Assembly (NCBI GenBank): GCA_963664405.1
Contig: OY761158.1
Span: 160,001 to 224,000 of the forward strand
Origin: Thermoanaerobaculia bacterium
GTDB taxonomy: Bacteria > Acidobacteriota > Thermoanaerobaculia > Multivoradales > Multivoraceae
DNA length: 64,000 bases
Reading direction: 5' to 3'
The notes under the pieces are model-generated. The model had not been told where the DNA came from and searched no databases. It was given only the letters and a program-made list of their open reading frames with translations. Below are positions 1-9,788 of the stretch, piece after piece. Each line of letters begins with the position of its first letter. Within the stretch, counting starts at the first letter, position 1. Made by a program: the position numbers and the translations under genes.

Positions 1-249
1 AAGATGAACCCCCTCCTCGTTCACCGTCCCAGGAAAAGAAAGAACATCCGTAGCGTAATCGAGGCCTCGAAAGCTCCGATTCATCCCTCGCATGGCGCGA
101 TGCCCATTGAAACGCAGCCCCACAGTATCGGCGCTTGGCGCTAACTCGCGGACGAGGCTCTCGAGCCAGGCCCGCAGAGCCTTCGTCTCGATCTCTCGAT
201 AGGAGCCGGCGTTCTGCACAACGACCTCCAACGAGCGAGGAGTAGGCAC
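1..249 (-). CDS. ybeY: rRNA maturation RNase YbeY (5' part; runs off the window)
   Basis: Manual translation from GTG 249 gives MPTPRSLEVV...MNRSFRGLDYATDVLSFPG, which carries the YbeY N-x-x-(Y/F)-R...TDVLSF motif. Lies downstream of phoH and the HD gene, as is usual. Confidence 0.9.
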   Translation of the reverse strand, partial: MPTPRSLEVVVQNAGSYREIETKALRAWLESLVRELAPSADTVGLRFNGHRAMRGMNRSFRGLDYATDVLSFPGTVNEEGVHL

Positions 250-274
250 GCTGGTTGGTCTCCACTGAGCGGCT

Positions 275-2593
275 TCAGTTGCCGCGGACGACTCGTAACT
301 GGGAGCTCTCTTTGTCCGACTCGAACTCGAAACCGGGATAGTCCACCCGTCGGTGATGAAGATTCTCGAGGACTCGCTGAAACTCGGCCCGCAGCGCCTT
401 GAGGTCGGCAAGCGTAAGGTCGGTCTCATCGAGCTGACCCGACGAGTGGCCTGCATCGAAAATTTGGTCGATAACGTTGCGAATACTCGTCGAACTGGCC
501 TCGACCAGGGTTCGACTCGCCGCCTCGACGGCGTCCGCGAGCATCAGCACACCCATCGCCCTATTCTGGGGCTTGGGCCCCGGGTAGCGATAGGCGTCTT
601 CGTCGACCGTCTCACCACCCTTCGATTCAAGCGCCCGGTTGTGAAAATAGGCCAACAGATTCGTGCCGTGATGCTGCGCGATAGCGTCTATGATCACCTG
701 CGGCAGGCGCGCTTCTCCAGCCATCTCCAGCCCATCGGTGACATGGCCGATCACGATGCGAGCACTCAACGAAGGCTCGAGACTGTCGTGGGGGTTGGGG
801 CCACGTTGGTTCTCGATGAAGTACTCGCTCCGGGGGATCTTGCCGATGTCGTGATAGAGGCCGGAGGTATAGGCGAGCACCGCATCGGCGCCGATCTCCG
901 CGCATCCCGCCTTGGCTAGATTCGCCACCATCAGCGAGTGCTGAAAGGTACCTGGCGCCTCGAACGCCAGACGCCTCAGCAAGGGAAGATTCGTGTTTGA
1001 CAGCTCAACCAAAGTGACGTCCGTCGTCAGCGACAGCAGCCACTCAAAAAGAGGGACCGCAAACCCGGCGACCGCGGCAACCAGAAGGCCCCCCACCAAG
1101 CCACAGGCGAGGCTCAAGCCGAACTCTTCGAGATCTACCAGATCCTCCCCACCCCGCAGGGTGACAATCATCATCACCGAGACCGAATTGACGACACCGA
1201 CCACTAGACCCGCTCCGTTCACTGACGAACGCTTCTTGACCTGATCGAGGAAGTAGATGGCGCTCAGCGAGCCAACGAGAGCGTAGATAACGATCGTCCA
1301 GGAGTCGCCTTGCGTGAACTGCCCGGAGAGCACCGAGAAGACGATGCTCGTCACTAGGGCGATGCTGCGGCCGTAGAGGAGGAAACTGATCAGCGCCACA
1401 GCGGCGTAGGGAATCCCGTAGAGATAGATCGACGGTGAATTAAACGGAGCGGATTCGAAGAATCCACCGAGCGCCGCAGATGTGAGAATCGAGAAGCGTA
1501 AACAGACCAAGCTCAGAGTCAGCAGCATCAGGAGGCCACTGAGTATCCGCCGAGGCTCCCCCGACAGATGTGGCTCGCGCTTCAAAGCCAGCCAGATAAG
1601 GAAGGCTCCAAGAGTCAGAAGCAGAAACTGTCCCGCCGAAGGCAGTAGCAGCGAAAGCGCGCTCTTGCGACCCATCATCTGATTGATGAATCGCATCCCG
1701 ACCTGGTCGATCTGGTCACCTTTGCGAACGATCACCTGGCCCGGGCCCCGGCGTTGGAAAACGGCCGGCGTCGCCTGAGCCGCCTCCTCTTGCCGCGCCA
1801 GACTCTCGCTTCGGTTGAGGAAGACGTTTGGCGTGATGTTGGAGAACAGAAACTCCCGCAGCAGTTTCCGCTCTCCGCGATCGTGATCCAACCAACGGCG
1901 GCTCTCCGTCTCGATCTGCTCTTGTACCTCAGCGGGGAAATCGAGATAGCGGTAGACGTCCAGCTGAAGCCGCTCCTCACCGGTCTCCAGGTTGCGAAGA
2001 CGGATCCCTCGCTCGCGCTGCTGGAGTAGGTCCGACTTGTTACTCACCACTCCCTTTTGGAGGATCTCGCTAATTACGTTCTTAAGCCGCTGCTCCAGCT
2101 CGCCAGAGAAGTCGTGGGCGGTGAAGACCTCGAGCTGAGCCTGATCGACCTTGATCGACGACGCAGCGAGCAGTGCCTCGAGAGGCGTCTCCGCCTCTTC
2201 ATCGACCACATCGTCTCCATCATCCTCCGCCAATGTGGTAGCCCGACCCACCTCAAAGAGCTGAACGAGCTCGTCCTCTCGAGTTCGCGCAACCCCAGGC
2301 TCGAAATCGAAGAGCGTGAGGACCTCTTCTCGGGCGCGAGCACGCCTCGCCCCCGTCGTTTCCTCGTCCTCCCAGAGTAGCTCTCGATTGGCCAGGTAAT
2401 CACGAGTCGCAATCTGCCCCGACTCGACGCGGGCAACGAAGAAGCTCCCGGAGGGCAGAAGAACCCACAGGCCCGTCGCCAGAAACACGAGGACCCACAG
2501 CGCCTCTCGACCCACGAGTCGCTGCCACAGGCGCCGCGCCCGCACCCTCAGAGTGGCGCCTCGGGCCTTTGACTGATGCTCTTGGTCGCCCAT
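275..2593 (-). CDS. 7TM receptor-HD domain phosphohydrolase (PgpH/YqfF-like, HDIG)
   Basis: N-terminal TM, large extracytoplasmic domain, ~7 TM segments, then APGTFQHS, YHDIGK, HHGT and MLADAVEAASR motifs. Confidence 0.9.
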   Translation of the reverse strand: MGDQEHQSKARGATLRVRARRLWQRLVGREALWVLVFLATGLWVLLPSGSFFVARVESGQIATRDYLANRELLWEDEETTGARRARAREEVLTLFDFEPGVARTREDELVQLFEVGRATTLAEDDGDDVVDEEAETPLEALLAASSIKVDQAQLEVFTAHDFSGELEQRLKNVISEILQKGVVSNKSDLLQQRERGIRLRNLETGEERLQLDVYRYLDFPAEVQEQIETESRRWLDHDRGERKLLREFLFSNITPNVFLNRSESLARQEEAAQATPAVFQRRGPGQVIVRKGDQIDQVGMRFINQMMGRKSALSLLLPSAGQFLLLTLGAFLIWLALKREPHLSGEPRRILSGLLMLLTLSLVCLRFSILTSAALGGFFESAPFNSPSIYLYGIPYAAVALISFLLYGRSIALVTSIVFSVLSGQFTQGDSWTIVIYALVGSLSAIYFLDQVKKRSSVNGAGLVVGVVNSVSVMMIVTLRGGEDLVDLEEFGLSLACGLVGGLLVAAVAGFAVPLFEWLLSLTTDVTLVELSNTNLPLLRRLAFEAPGTFQHSLMVANLAKAGCAEIGADAVLAYTSGLYHDIGKIPRSEYFIENQRGPNPHDSLEPSLSARIVIGHVTDGLEMAGEARLPQVIIDAIAQHHGTNLLAYFHNRALESKGGETVDEDAYRYPGPKPQNRAMGVLMLADAVEAASRTLVEASSTSIRNVIDQIFDAGHSSGQLDETDLTLADLKALRAEFQRVLENLHHRRVDYPGFEFESDKESSQLRVVRGN

Positions 2594-2607
2594 CCCCGCG
2601 TCCTTCC

Positions 2608-3675
2608 TCAGCCCTCGACGTCCGCTGTTGCACCCGCGGAGCCATCGGTTCCGGCCCTCGTCCTGGCATTGCCCGAGACGGCGGATTGTGTGCCCTTTTG
2701 AAAGCGATCGTACGCTGAAACGATCTCGCGCACCAGCGGATGGCGCACAACGTCAGCCTCTCCGAAACTCACGAAGTCGATTCCCGGCACTCCCTCGAGC
2801 ACTCGTTTCGCATCCACGAGGCCCGGCAATCGACCGGCGGGTAGATCCACCTGGGTGACGTCGCCGGTCACCACCGCTCGCGAGCCGAGCCCGATGCGAG
2901 TTACGAACATCTTCATCTGCTCGACAGTCGTGTTTTGAGCCTCGTCGAGAATGATGAAGCTGTCGTTCAGGGTTCGTCCTCGCATAAACGCGAGAGACGC
3001 GATCTCGATGATGCCTCTCTCTATGAGCCTCGCCACCTTCTCAAAACCCAGAATGTCGTAAAGGGCATCATAAAGGGGGCAAAGATAGGGATTCACCTTC
3101 TCCACCAGGTCGCCGGGCAGAAAGCCCAGCTTTTCTCCAGCCTCCAAGGCGGGCCGAGTGAGCACAACGCGCTGCACCTTCTTGTCCAAGAGATGGGACG
3201 CCGCGACCGCCACCGCCAGGTAGGTCTTTCCGGTACCCGCAGGCCCGATCCCGAAAACCAGCTCTCTGCTCTGCATCGCGCTCAAGTAGCGCTTCTGATT
3301 GAGACTTCGAGGCGACACCAGCCGGCTCGCCTTGGCGGAGACTCCTTGATCGAGAAAGAAGTCGACGAGAGAGGAGTCGCCGACTTCCGCCAGAACTCGC
3401 AAGGCCGTTTCGATGTCTCGGGAACTGGGCCGGAAGCCCCGCTCCATCAATCGCCCGAGCTCCGCCAGTAGATGCTTCGCCGCCTGAGCGTCTCCTTTCG
3501 CGCCGCAGATACGGACCTCGTCGCCTCGCGCCGAGATCCGAACCGAGAAAGCCTTCTCGATACTGCGCAAGTTCTCGTCGCGAGCGCCAAAGAGGAGGTC
3601 TACTCCGCCTGATGGCAGAGAGATCTCATCCTGATGTGTTCCAGGTTGCGTCTCGAGCGTGACTTCCGGGCTCAC
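2608..3675 (-). CDS. phoH: PhoH-like ATPase (YbeZ/PhoH family)
   Basis: GPAGTGKT, RPALEAGEKLGFLPG, FMRGRTL and DEAQN motifs. Start re-called to GTG 3675, preceded by GGGAGG. Confidence 0.9.
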   Translation of the reverse strand: MSPEVTLETQPGTHQDEISLPSGGVDLLFGARDENLRSIEKAFSVRISARGDEVRICGAKGDAQAAKHLLAELGRLMERGFRPSSRDIETALRVLAEVGDSSLVDFFLDQGVSAKASRLVSPRSLNQKRYLSAMQSRELVFGIGPAGTGKTYLAVAVAASHLLDKKVQRVVLTRPALEAGEKLGFLPGDLVEKVNPYLCPLYDALYDILGFEKVARLIERGIIEIASLAFMRGRTLNDSFIILDEAQNTTVEQMKMFVTRIGLGSRAVVTGDVTQVDLPAGRLPGLVDAKRVLEGVPGIDFVSFGEADVVRHPLVREIVSAYDRFQKGTQSAVSGNARTRAGTDGSAGATADVEG

Positions 3676-3695
3676 AGGAGGCCTCCCAGCACCAG

Positions 3696-3704
3696 ATTCT
3701 ACCA
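3696..3704 (-). promoter_or_regulatory. Putative extended -10 promoter (TGGTAGAAT) for phoH-HD-ybeY
   Basis: TGn-TAGAAT about 20 nt upstream of the phoH start, in the intergenic gap. Confidence 0.5.
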
Positions 3705-3751
3705 GCCGGGGCTCCTGCAGGGCCCCGAGAGTGCCCAGACGACCCTCTGCC

Positions 3752-4210
3752 TCACCTACCTTCTCTCGTCGCCGAGTCCCCCTCCGGGCTCGATTCGCGA
3801 ATCTCACGCCTTCCATCAGCCAGAGTACGAAAGGAGTAGACGGTGGCACCCGCCCGTAGCGCCGGCGGAAGACGTTCGGCCCACTCAACGACCTTGAGGC
3901 CGGGAGAAGCAAGGATCTCTTCTATGCCGATGGCATGCACCTCTGCCATCTCGAGACGAAAGAGATCGAGGTGGATCAGATCGACACGGCCTCCTCGATG
4001 CTCCCGTACCAAGGTGAAAGTGGGCGATTGCACCTCCCGCTCACTCACCCCCAGGCCCCGGCCGACACCCTGGGTAAAGACTGTCTTCCCCGCCCCCATC
4101 TCGCCGATCAGCAACAACACGGCATGACCAACGCGCTCAAACTCCCGCGCAAGCGTCTCCCCGAGCGATCGCGTCTCTTCCTCGTCGGCGGTGATCCAGA
4201 GGCGAGACAA
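3752..4210 (-). CDS. tsaE: tRNA t6A biosynthesis ATPase TsaE
   Basis: GEMGAGKT, SPTF, HLDLFRL and VEWAER motifs; follows nnr. Confidence 0.95.
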   Translation of the reverse strand: MSRLWITADEEETRSLGETLAREFERVGHAVLLLIGEMGAGKTVFTQGVGRGLGVSEREVQSPTFTLVREHRGGRVDLIHLDLFRLEMAEVHAIGIEEILASPGLKVVEWAERLPPALRAGATVYSFRTLADGRREIRESSPEGDSATREGR

Positions 4211-4231
4211 GAGAACCTCCTCACTCCTGGC

Positions 4232-5836
4232 TCAGGCCAGCAGTCGTTGCACCTCGGCTTCGGCAACAGGATGGGCCAACCCTCTGCGCGGTGAAGCGGT
4301 GTAGCCACTCACTCTCAGACTGGCCTCGGGCAGGAGCTCCGCGAGATCGCCGGCAAGAACCCCGGCCTGCCCGAGCTTCGCCGCAGCCAAATCGCCTGCC
4401 AAGCCGTGCAGATAGACCGCGGTCCTCGACGCCGTTAGCGCGTCCAGCCCCTGCGCAAGCAAGCCCCCGAGGACGCCGGCAAGAACGTCGCCGCTACCCG
4501 CTGTGGCCATACCCGGATTTCCCGTGGAGTTTACGAAGAGCAGGCCGGAAGGAGTCGCGATGACGGTCCGATGCCCCTTCAGAACGACGACCGCGCCGGT
4601 CTGGGCGGCTGCTGCCGTAGCGGCCTCGAAGCGATCCTCGCTGCCCCGAGGTGTCGGCCGGGAGAGAAGACGACCCAGCTCCCCCGGATGCGGCGTCAAG
4701 ACCGTCTCGGCTCGGCGCGACGCCAACTCCTCCGCGCGTCCGGCAAATGCATTGACACCGTCCGCGTCGAGCACCAAAGGAACCTTCGCAGCAAGCGCCA
4801 CCCCCCGTGCCCACTCCGCAGTCCCCTCGTCGTTCCCCAGGCCGGGTCCGAGAGTGAGGGCATCCTTCCCCGCCACGAAGCTCAGAAGAGTGCTCGCCGC
4901 CTCCTCGCCCAGTGATGACGAGCCGGCTGCGGCCAACGCCAGCGTCATCGCCTCGACGCAACCGTGCTCGACCTCCGAAAGAAGAGCCTCGGGGGTCGCA
5001 ACGGTGAGTAAGCCGACTCCCGTCCTCAACGCCCCTCGAGCCGCTAGAACAGCCGCACCGGACTTGCCGTGCGAGCCCGCCGCCACCACGAGATGTCCGA
5101 AGCTCCCCTTATGGCTTTCTGCCGCGCGCCTTGGCACCCGAAGGTCGGCGGCGGTGGTGAGGTGCGCTCGCGGCGGGATCCTGCCCAAGGCACTTTCGGG
5201 TACTCCGAGATCCGCGACATAGACCTCGCCGGCCCTGCTCGCTGAAGGCGGCAACACTAGAGAAGGCTTGGGCGCGAAAAAGCTGACGGTAGCCACGGCG
5301 TCGATACAGGTGCCCGTCATCGTGCTCGATGTCGCCGGCAATCCACTCGGCAGGTCGAGAGAAAGAACAGGAACCCTCTGCGCGTTGACGCCTTCGATCA
5401 GCGCAGCGCGCCAGCCCTCGATTGGACGAGACAGACCGGTACCAAACAAAGCATCCACGACCAGATCGCTGCCGGCGACTTGCTGAAGAGCGCTCTCGTA
5501 GGTCTCGCCCGAGACCTCGCTCAGGTCGAGGGCCATCGCTTCCAGGACCCCTGCCTGAAGAGCTGCGTCGCCGCGGAGATCGTGACGGGAGGCACAGAGG
5601 AGAACGACCACCTCTCGACCACGGCTGTGCAGATGCCGAGCCAGCGCGAGACCGTCGCCACCGTTGTTGCCGGCGCCACAGATCAAAGAGACGCGCAGCG
5701 CAGCTCCGAAACGCTCCTCGAGCACCTCGCCAGCGGCCAACGCCGCGTTCTCCATCAGTACCGCGCTCGGGATACCGAGCTCCTCGATCACGAAGCTGTC
5801 GATGGCCCGAGCTTCTGAGCTGTCAATCAAGCGCAT
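4232..5836 (-). CDS. nnr: Bifunctional NAD(P)HX epimerase/dehydratase (YjeF)
   Basis: GAGNNGGDG, DALFGTG, DLPSG, HKGSFG, TPHPGEL and ATAGSGDVLAG motifs. Confidence 0.95.
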   Translation of the reverse strand: MRLIDSSEARAIDSFVIEELGIPSAVLMENAALAAGEVLEERFGAALRVSLICGAGNNGGDGLALARHLHSRGREVVVLLCASRHDLRGDAALQAGVLEAMALDLSEVSGETYESALQQVAGSDLVVDALFGTGLSRPIEGWRAALIEGVNAQRVPVLSLDLPSGLPATSSTMTGTCIDAVATVSFFAPKPSLVLPPSASRAGEVYVADLGVPESALGRIPPRAHLTTAADLRVPRRAAESHKGSFGHLVVAAGSHGKSGAAVLAARGALRTGVGLLTVATPEALLSEVEHGCVEAMTLALAAAGSSSLGEEAASTLLSFVAGKDALTLGPGLGNDEGTAEWARGVALAAKVPLVLDADGVNAFAGRAEELASRRAETVLTPHPGELGRLLSRPTPRGSEDRFEAATAAAAQTGAVVVLKGHRTVIATPSGLLFVNSTGNPGMATAGSGDVLAGVLGGLLAQGLDALTASRTAVYLHGLAGDLAAAKLGQAGVLAGDLAELLPEASLRVSGYTASPRRGLAHPVAEAEVQRLLA

Positions 5837-5883
5837 GACACCCGTAGGCTACAGGACATCACTCAGCGTCCGACAGCCGAGAC

Positions 5884-6573
5884 TCAGCGTGCCTCGCACC
5901 AGGCGCTCAGGAGCGCGGCGACGCGCGGTGAGATCAGAGTGCCCGCCTTCAGGCTCTCTTCCAACCATCTCAGATCTTCAGCGTCATCGATGTCACGAGC
6001 ACTCGGAAGCACCTCGGCTCTCACTCCGACTTCGCGACAGCGGGCCCTGGTCTGCATCAGCACCTGTGGCGTACTCCACTCGATATCGCTAAACAGGCGC
6101 GGGTCTAGGGCGGCGACTCGGCAGCCGATAAGATAATAGCCACCGTCCTCAGCCGGGCCGATCACAACGTCGGCTCCCGTTTCCAGCAATGCGAAGCCCT
6201 CCTCGACAACTGCGGCAGCGAGCCCCGGATGATCACTGCCGATGACGATCACCGACGGATATCGCGAGCCCGCTTCGAGGATGGCGTTGTACATGCGCTC
6301 ACCCAGGTCGACCCCATGCTGGCGACAGTTTCCGATCCCCGCGACCGGCCAGTCGGAAGGAGGATCCTCCCCCTTCTCGAGCGCCCACGCGACCTCGAGA
6401 GCGAAATCGCCTTTCCCCATCGACGCGACCTGGTCCTCCACCATGGCGGCGTGGAGCCTCGCCACCATGGTGGCGCTGAGCTCGCCAATTAGGCGAGTCT
6501 GGACCCGGCCAGCTATCGGCGGTTTCGTGAACAGGAGCAGACAACGCTCTCGAGATCGCTCACACTGCGGCAC
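5884..6573 (-). CDS. DUF2064/TIGR04282-type nucleotidyltransferase/glycosyltransferase-like protein
   Basis: FTKPP..GRVQTRL, DLGERM, IGSDHP, GPAEDGGYYLIG and DIDDAEDL motifs. Start re-called to GTG 6573 to avoid overlap with the divergent gene. Confidence 0.8.
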   Translation of the reverse strand: MPQCERSRERCLLLFTKPPIAGRVQTRLIGELSATMVARLHAAMVEDQVASMGKGDFALEVAWALEKGEDPPSDWPVAGIGNCRQHGVDLGERMYNAILEAGSRYPSVIVIGSDHPGLAAAVVEEGFALLETGADVVIGPAEDGGYYLIGCRVAALDPRLFSDIEWSTPQVLMQTRARCREVGVRAEVLPSARDIDDAEDLRWLEESLKAGTLISPRVAALLSAWCEAR

Positions 6574-6588
6574 AGTCGAGGAGTCTAC

Positions 6589-7350
6589 ATGCCGATCTGC
6601 ACCCTCCTGACCGACTTCGGCAGCCGCGACTACTACGTCGGAGCCGTCAAGGGCACTCTGCTCCGACTCGCCCCCAAGGTCACCCTGGTGGACATCTCCC
6701 ATGCGGTGGAGCCGGGAGACATCGTCGAGGCCGCCTTTGTCCTCGGCGCGGCCGCGCCGGCCTTCCCTGATGGAACAGTTCACCTCGCCGTCGTCGACCC
6801 CGGAGTGGGAAGTGCTCGTAGGGTGCTTGCGGCACGAGCAGGATCCGCCTTTTTCGTGGCGCCAGACAATGGCCTTCTCACCTCGATCCTCCCTCGAGCG
6901 CTGGTGGTCTCGGCGGAGCGCCAAGACCTCACCGTCGCTGGGCCCGGCCGTACTTTCGACGGCCGCGATCGCTTCGCTCCGGTGGCGGCCGCGTTATTGA
7001 GAGGAGAGCCCATCGAGGCCCTGGGCGAAGTGGTTCTAGACCCCATCCTGCTCACTCTCAGGCGGCCCGAGCGAAGCTCGACCTCTCTGACTGGGGACGT
7101 GGTCCATATCGACCGCTTCGGCAATGCGGTGACGAACATCCCCTCCGCCTGGCTCTCGGCTCCGCCGGTGCGATCGACTGTCGGAAGCCTTGCAGTGGTG
7201 CATTATGCGACCCACTACGCAGAGCTGGAACCGGGGACACCGGCAATCCTTCCCGGTTCGCTCGGCACCCTGGAGATCGCGCTACGAGACTCGAACCTGG
7301 CAGCCGAGAAGGGTCTGCGGCGCGGAGACGCCGTAAATATCGAGCTCTGA
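6589..7350 (+). CDS. SAM hydroxide adenosyltransferase/halogenase family protein (DUF62)
   Basis: TLLTDFG, DISH, VVDPGVGS.R, APDNGLL, TFDGRD and HIDRFGN motifs. Confidence 0.92.
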   Translation: MPICTLLTDFGSRDYYVGAVKGTLLRLAPKVTLVDISHAVEPGDIVEAAFVLGAAAPAFPDGTVHLAVVDPGVGSARRVLAARAGSAFFVAPDNGLLTSILPRALVVSAERQDLTVAGPGRTFDGRDRFAPVAAALLRGEPIEALGEVVLDPILLTLRRPERSSTSLTGDVVHIDRFGNAVTNIPSAWLSAPPVRSTVGSLAVVHYATHYAELEPGTPAILPGSLGTLEIALRDSNLAAEKGLRRGDAVNIEL

Positions 7351-7359
7351 GGGCGTTTG

Positions 7360-7545
7360 TCAGCGACGGCCGCGCAGCGCCAGCGCCAAGGCGAGACCGA
7401 CCGCGGCGGCCAAGACAGGCACTACCCAGGTCTTGCCACGGGGCACCATGCCGGTGCTCCGATCGAGAGCGCTGCGCAGCTCCTCGAGCCCCTCTTCGAC
7501 CCGCTTTCGGCTCTCTACAACGCCCGGCTTCGATAGCTCAGACAT
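7360..7545 (-). CDS. Small C-terminally anchored membrane protein
   Basis: Helical N-terminus, C-terminal TM and basic tail. Overlaps the upstream gene and has a GGAGG RBS. Confidence 0.65.
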   Translation of the reverse strand: MSELSKPGVVESRKRVEEGLEELRSALDRSTGMVPRGKTWVVPVLAAAVGLALALALRGRR

Positions 7546-7942
7546 CCGCCTCCTCTTCGGTCGAGGCTCCCGATACGCGCTCCTGAAACCACTGCCTCTG
7601 TTCCTCCCAATGCCGCTTCACGGTCACCGCCGGCGCCTCGAGCCGGCGCAACCGGCCGCGCGCAACAAGTCCTACAATCACAGCAGCCGCGGCATAGACA
7701 CCGCCGACGAGTAGCGCCGCCTGCCAGGGGGCAAAGACGAGAGTCAGTGCCCAAACCAGAGCCAGGCTGAGGACGACGAGCGAAAGCACGGCGAGCGCCC
7801 CGGCGATGGCTAGCAGGAGGAGGCCGTGGGCCAGGCTTCGACCGGTGCCACGTAGGTCGGCTCCCACCTCTTTCGCCTCCGCGCTGACGAGGTCCAAGAG
7901 CGCCTGTCCGATCTGCTTCAGAAGCTCGAGCCAGGTACCCAA
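7538..7942 (-). CDS. YqjE/holin-X-like two-TM membrane protein
   Basis: Amphipathic N-terminal helix, two TM segments with a 'PWQAALLV' turn, and a C-terminal helix. Confidence 0.75.
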   Translation of the reverse strand: MGTWLELLKQIGQALLDLVSAEAKEVGADLRGTGRSLAHGLLLLAIAGALAVLSLVVLSLALVWALTLVFAPWQAALLVGGVYAAAAVIVGLVARGRLRRLEAPAVTVKRHWEEQRQWFQERVSGASTEEEADV

Positions 7943-7954
7943 AACAGTGTCCGA

Positions 7955-9745
7955 TCAGCCGATTACGAGTGCGCGGCTCAGATAGGAGGCCTTTGCGTTG
8001 AGGTCGTCACGCACTGCAATCCCCACTACCTGCTCGCCTTTGCGCATCGCGAGCTTCAGCTCGAAGGTTGTATATCCATCTACGGCCAGCGCTTCCTCCA
8101 TCTGGGAGGCGGGAATGGAGATATTCCAATTCTCGACCTGGACCGGCGATGTCCGCCCCTTGGAATCTGCGGCCTGGACCCAGATCCGAGCGCGCCCCTG
8201 GAAATTCTCCCGTACCGGAACCAGCTGCACATTTCCTACCGGCAACTTCACCAACAAGGTCACCAACCAGCTTCCGTCGTCGCGCTCGATCCTCGACTGC
8301 GGCTCGACCGTGATCCCGAGAGGGTTACTCTGAAAGCCAAACGCAAGGGTTGCGAGGATCGCATCCCCCATCTCCTTCTCGAGCGGCTTGTCACGGTAAT
8401 TGTCTCGAAAACGTACATCCGACTTCCGGATACCCAATCGTTTGGCTACGTCCTTCTTGAGCGTAACGTCGAGGTTGTAGCGCCGACCGGTGCCGGAATG
8501 GCTGGGTGAGAAGCCCAGCGAGTAGTAATTCTCGAAATCGGCGGCGATCTTGTCGAAACCGGCATTGAAGTTGTTCGTATTCACGATCGCGCGCCCGCCC
8601 GTCTTATCGGCGAGAAAGACTAGTGAATCCTGCAGATTGCGCGTATAGATCGAGTCGATGTTGGAGGAAAAATCCATCGCACCGTACTCAGCAGAGCGCA
8701 TTCCACCCACCCGTAAGCCGGCTGCATCGATGGTGTAAAACGTCACTCTGTTCGCCGCCGCCAGGTCGCCCAGATCTGAAAAGAGACGGGTGGCATCGTA
8801 CTGGAAGGACTGCATGATCGGGTTCGACTGACTCTGGTATTGACCGCTATCCTGCCCCGTGTTGTTCTGCTTCGCCTCGTCCAGAGCCCAAAAGAGATCT
8901 TCCCCCGCCCGCATCGGCAGGCCCTCGCTGATATAGAGAAACGCCTTACGGCCAGGCACGCCCGCCAGTTTGTTCACCATCTCGCGTATGCCGTCGAGGG
9001 TGAACTGGAGATCGTTGTACACATTCTCCGCAAACATGCGAACACGAGCTTCCGACTGGTAGAGGCTCTGGGCGTTCTGCATGTCGCGCAAAACGTCACC
9101 GCGCTCGGAGTTCTGCAGACTGCGACCGCCGGTATGCATCTCCAACTCATAGGTGGCGTCAGCGATCAGCTGGGGATCGGAGGTGAACTCTCGGATGACC
9201 TTGACCGATCGGTTGTAGCTGACCAGCATCGCTCGATCATTGCGATCGAGCTTGCTCCGTAGAAACTGACGCAGGTAGCGAAAGAGTCGGTTGCGACCCA
9301 CCGGGGTGATATTGAGATGGTCGACATAAACAACCAGGTTCAGCCGCTGGTCTTCGGGGATCGTGCTGTCCTGGAGGCCAGGATGAGAGGTAAAGAGCCG
9401 GTCGCGTGCTCGTTGCTGAGGAGTCGGGATCTCTTCTTCGTCCTCCTTCATTTCGCTGCCGCCACGGAATTCGTAGAAATTGCTGATGGCGACCGGGCTC
9501 TTGTTCTCCGTCAGCTCGAAGTCCTCGGCGGTCAAGCCCGTGATCGGGTTCCCCTTCTTATCGGTGACGAAGACATCGACGTTGACTATTTTGACGTAGA
9601 TAGTCTCGCCAAAGGCGAACCCAGAGTCACCCTCGGCTTCGGCCCCGAAAGCCTCGGCGACGTCGTCGGAGGGCGGCTGAGCGCTGACTCCTTGAAGACA
9701 GAGAAGGAGCGCGAGTCCGGCCGCTGACTTGAGGATATTTCGCAT
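7955..9745 (-). CDS. Secreted acidobacterial-type VWA domain protein
   Basis: Signal peptide, VNVDVFVTDKKGNPITGLTAEDF, GRKAFLYISEG, LADKTGG and YYSLGF. Start re-called to ATG 9745 (GGAG RBS). Confidence 0.85.
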   Translation of the reverse strand: MRNILKSAAGLALLLCLQGVSAQPPSDDVAEAFGAEAEGDSGFAFGETIYVKIVNVDVFVTDKKGNPITGLTAEDFELTENKSPVAISNFYEFRGGSEMKEDEEEIPTPQQRARDRLFTSHPGLQDSTIPEDQRLNLVVYVDHLNITPVGRNRLFRYLRQFLRSKLDRNDRAMLVSYNRSVKVIREFTSDPQLIADATYELEMHTGGRSLQNSERGDVLRDMQNAQSLYQSEARVRMFAENVYNDLQFTLDGIREMVNKLAGVPGRKAFLYISEGLPMRAGEDLFWALDEAKQNNTGQDSGQYQSQSNPIMQSFQYDATRLFSDLGDLAAANRVTFYTIDAAGLRVGGMRSAEYGAMDFSSNIDSIYTRNLQDSLVFLADKTGGRAIVNTNNFNAGFDKIAADFENYYSLGFSPSHSGTGRRYNLDVTLKKDVAKRLGIRKSDVRFRDNYRDKPLEKEMGDAILATLAFGFQSNPLGITVEPQSRIERDDGSWLVTLLVKLPVGNVQLVPVRENFQGRARIWVQAADSKGRTSPVQVENWNISIPASQMEEALAVDGYTTFELKLAMRKGEQVVGIAVRDDLNAKASYLSRALVIG

Positions 9746-9776
9746 CTCGGGTTTAGCTCCTCTCCCAGCTCCGAGG

Positions 9777-9782
9777 ATTATA
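9777..9782 (-). promoter_or_regulatory. Putative -10 element (TATAAT) for the VWA gene
   Basis: Consensus TATAAT 31 nt upstream of the start; no clear -35. Confidence 0.45.
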
Positions 9783-9788
9783 GTCGGT

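Noticed and set aside
2608-3912. Long N-terminal extensions in the ORF track (phoH, gpsA, fabZ, deoA, lolD, MFP, ABC permease and others)
   Set aside because: They overlap neighbouring genes. Downstream starts with an RBS or 4-nt coupling fit the family lengths better.
5884-7350. TIGR04282-like gene plus DUF62 gene as an arsenosugar or halometabolite pathway
   Set aside because: The partner radical-SAM, methyltransferase and glycosyltransferase genes are absent, and both families commonly occur alone.
7538-7942. Holin-like protein as evidence of a prophage
   Set aside because: YqjE-like membrane proteins are ordinary chromosomal genes, and there are no phage genes nearby.
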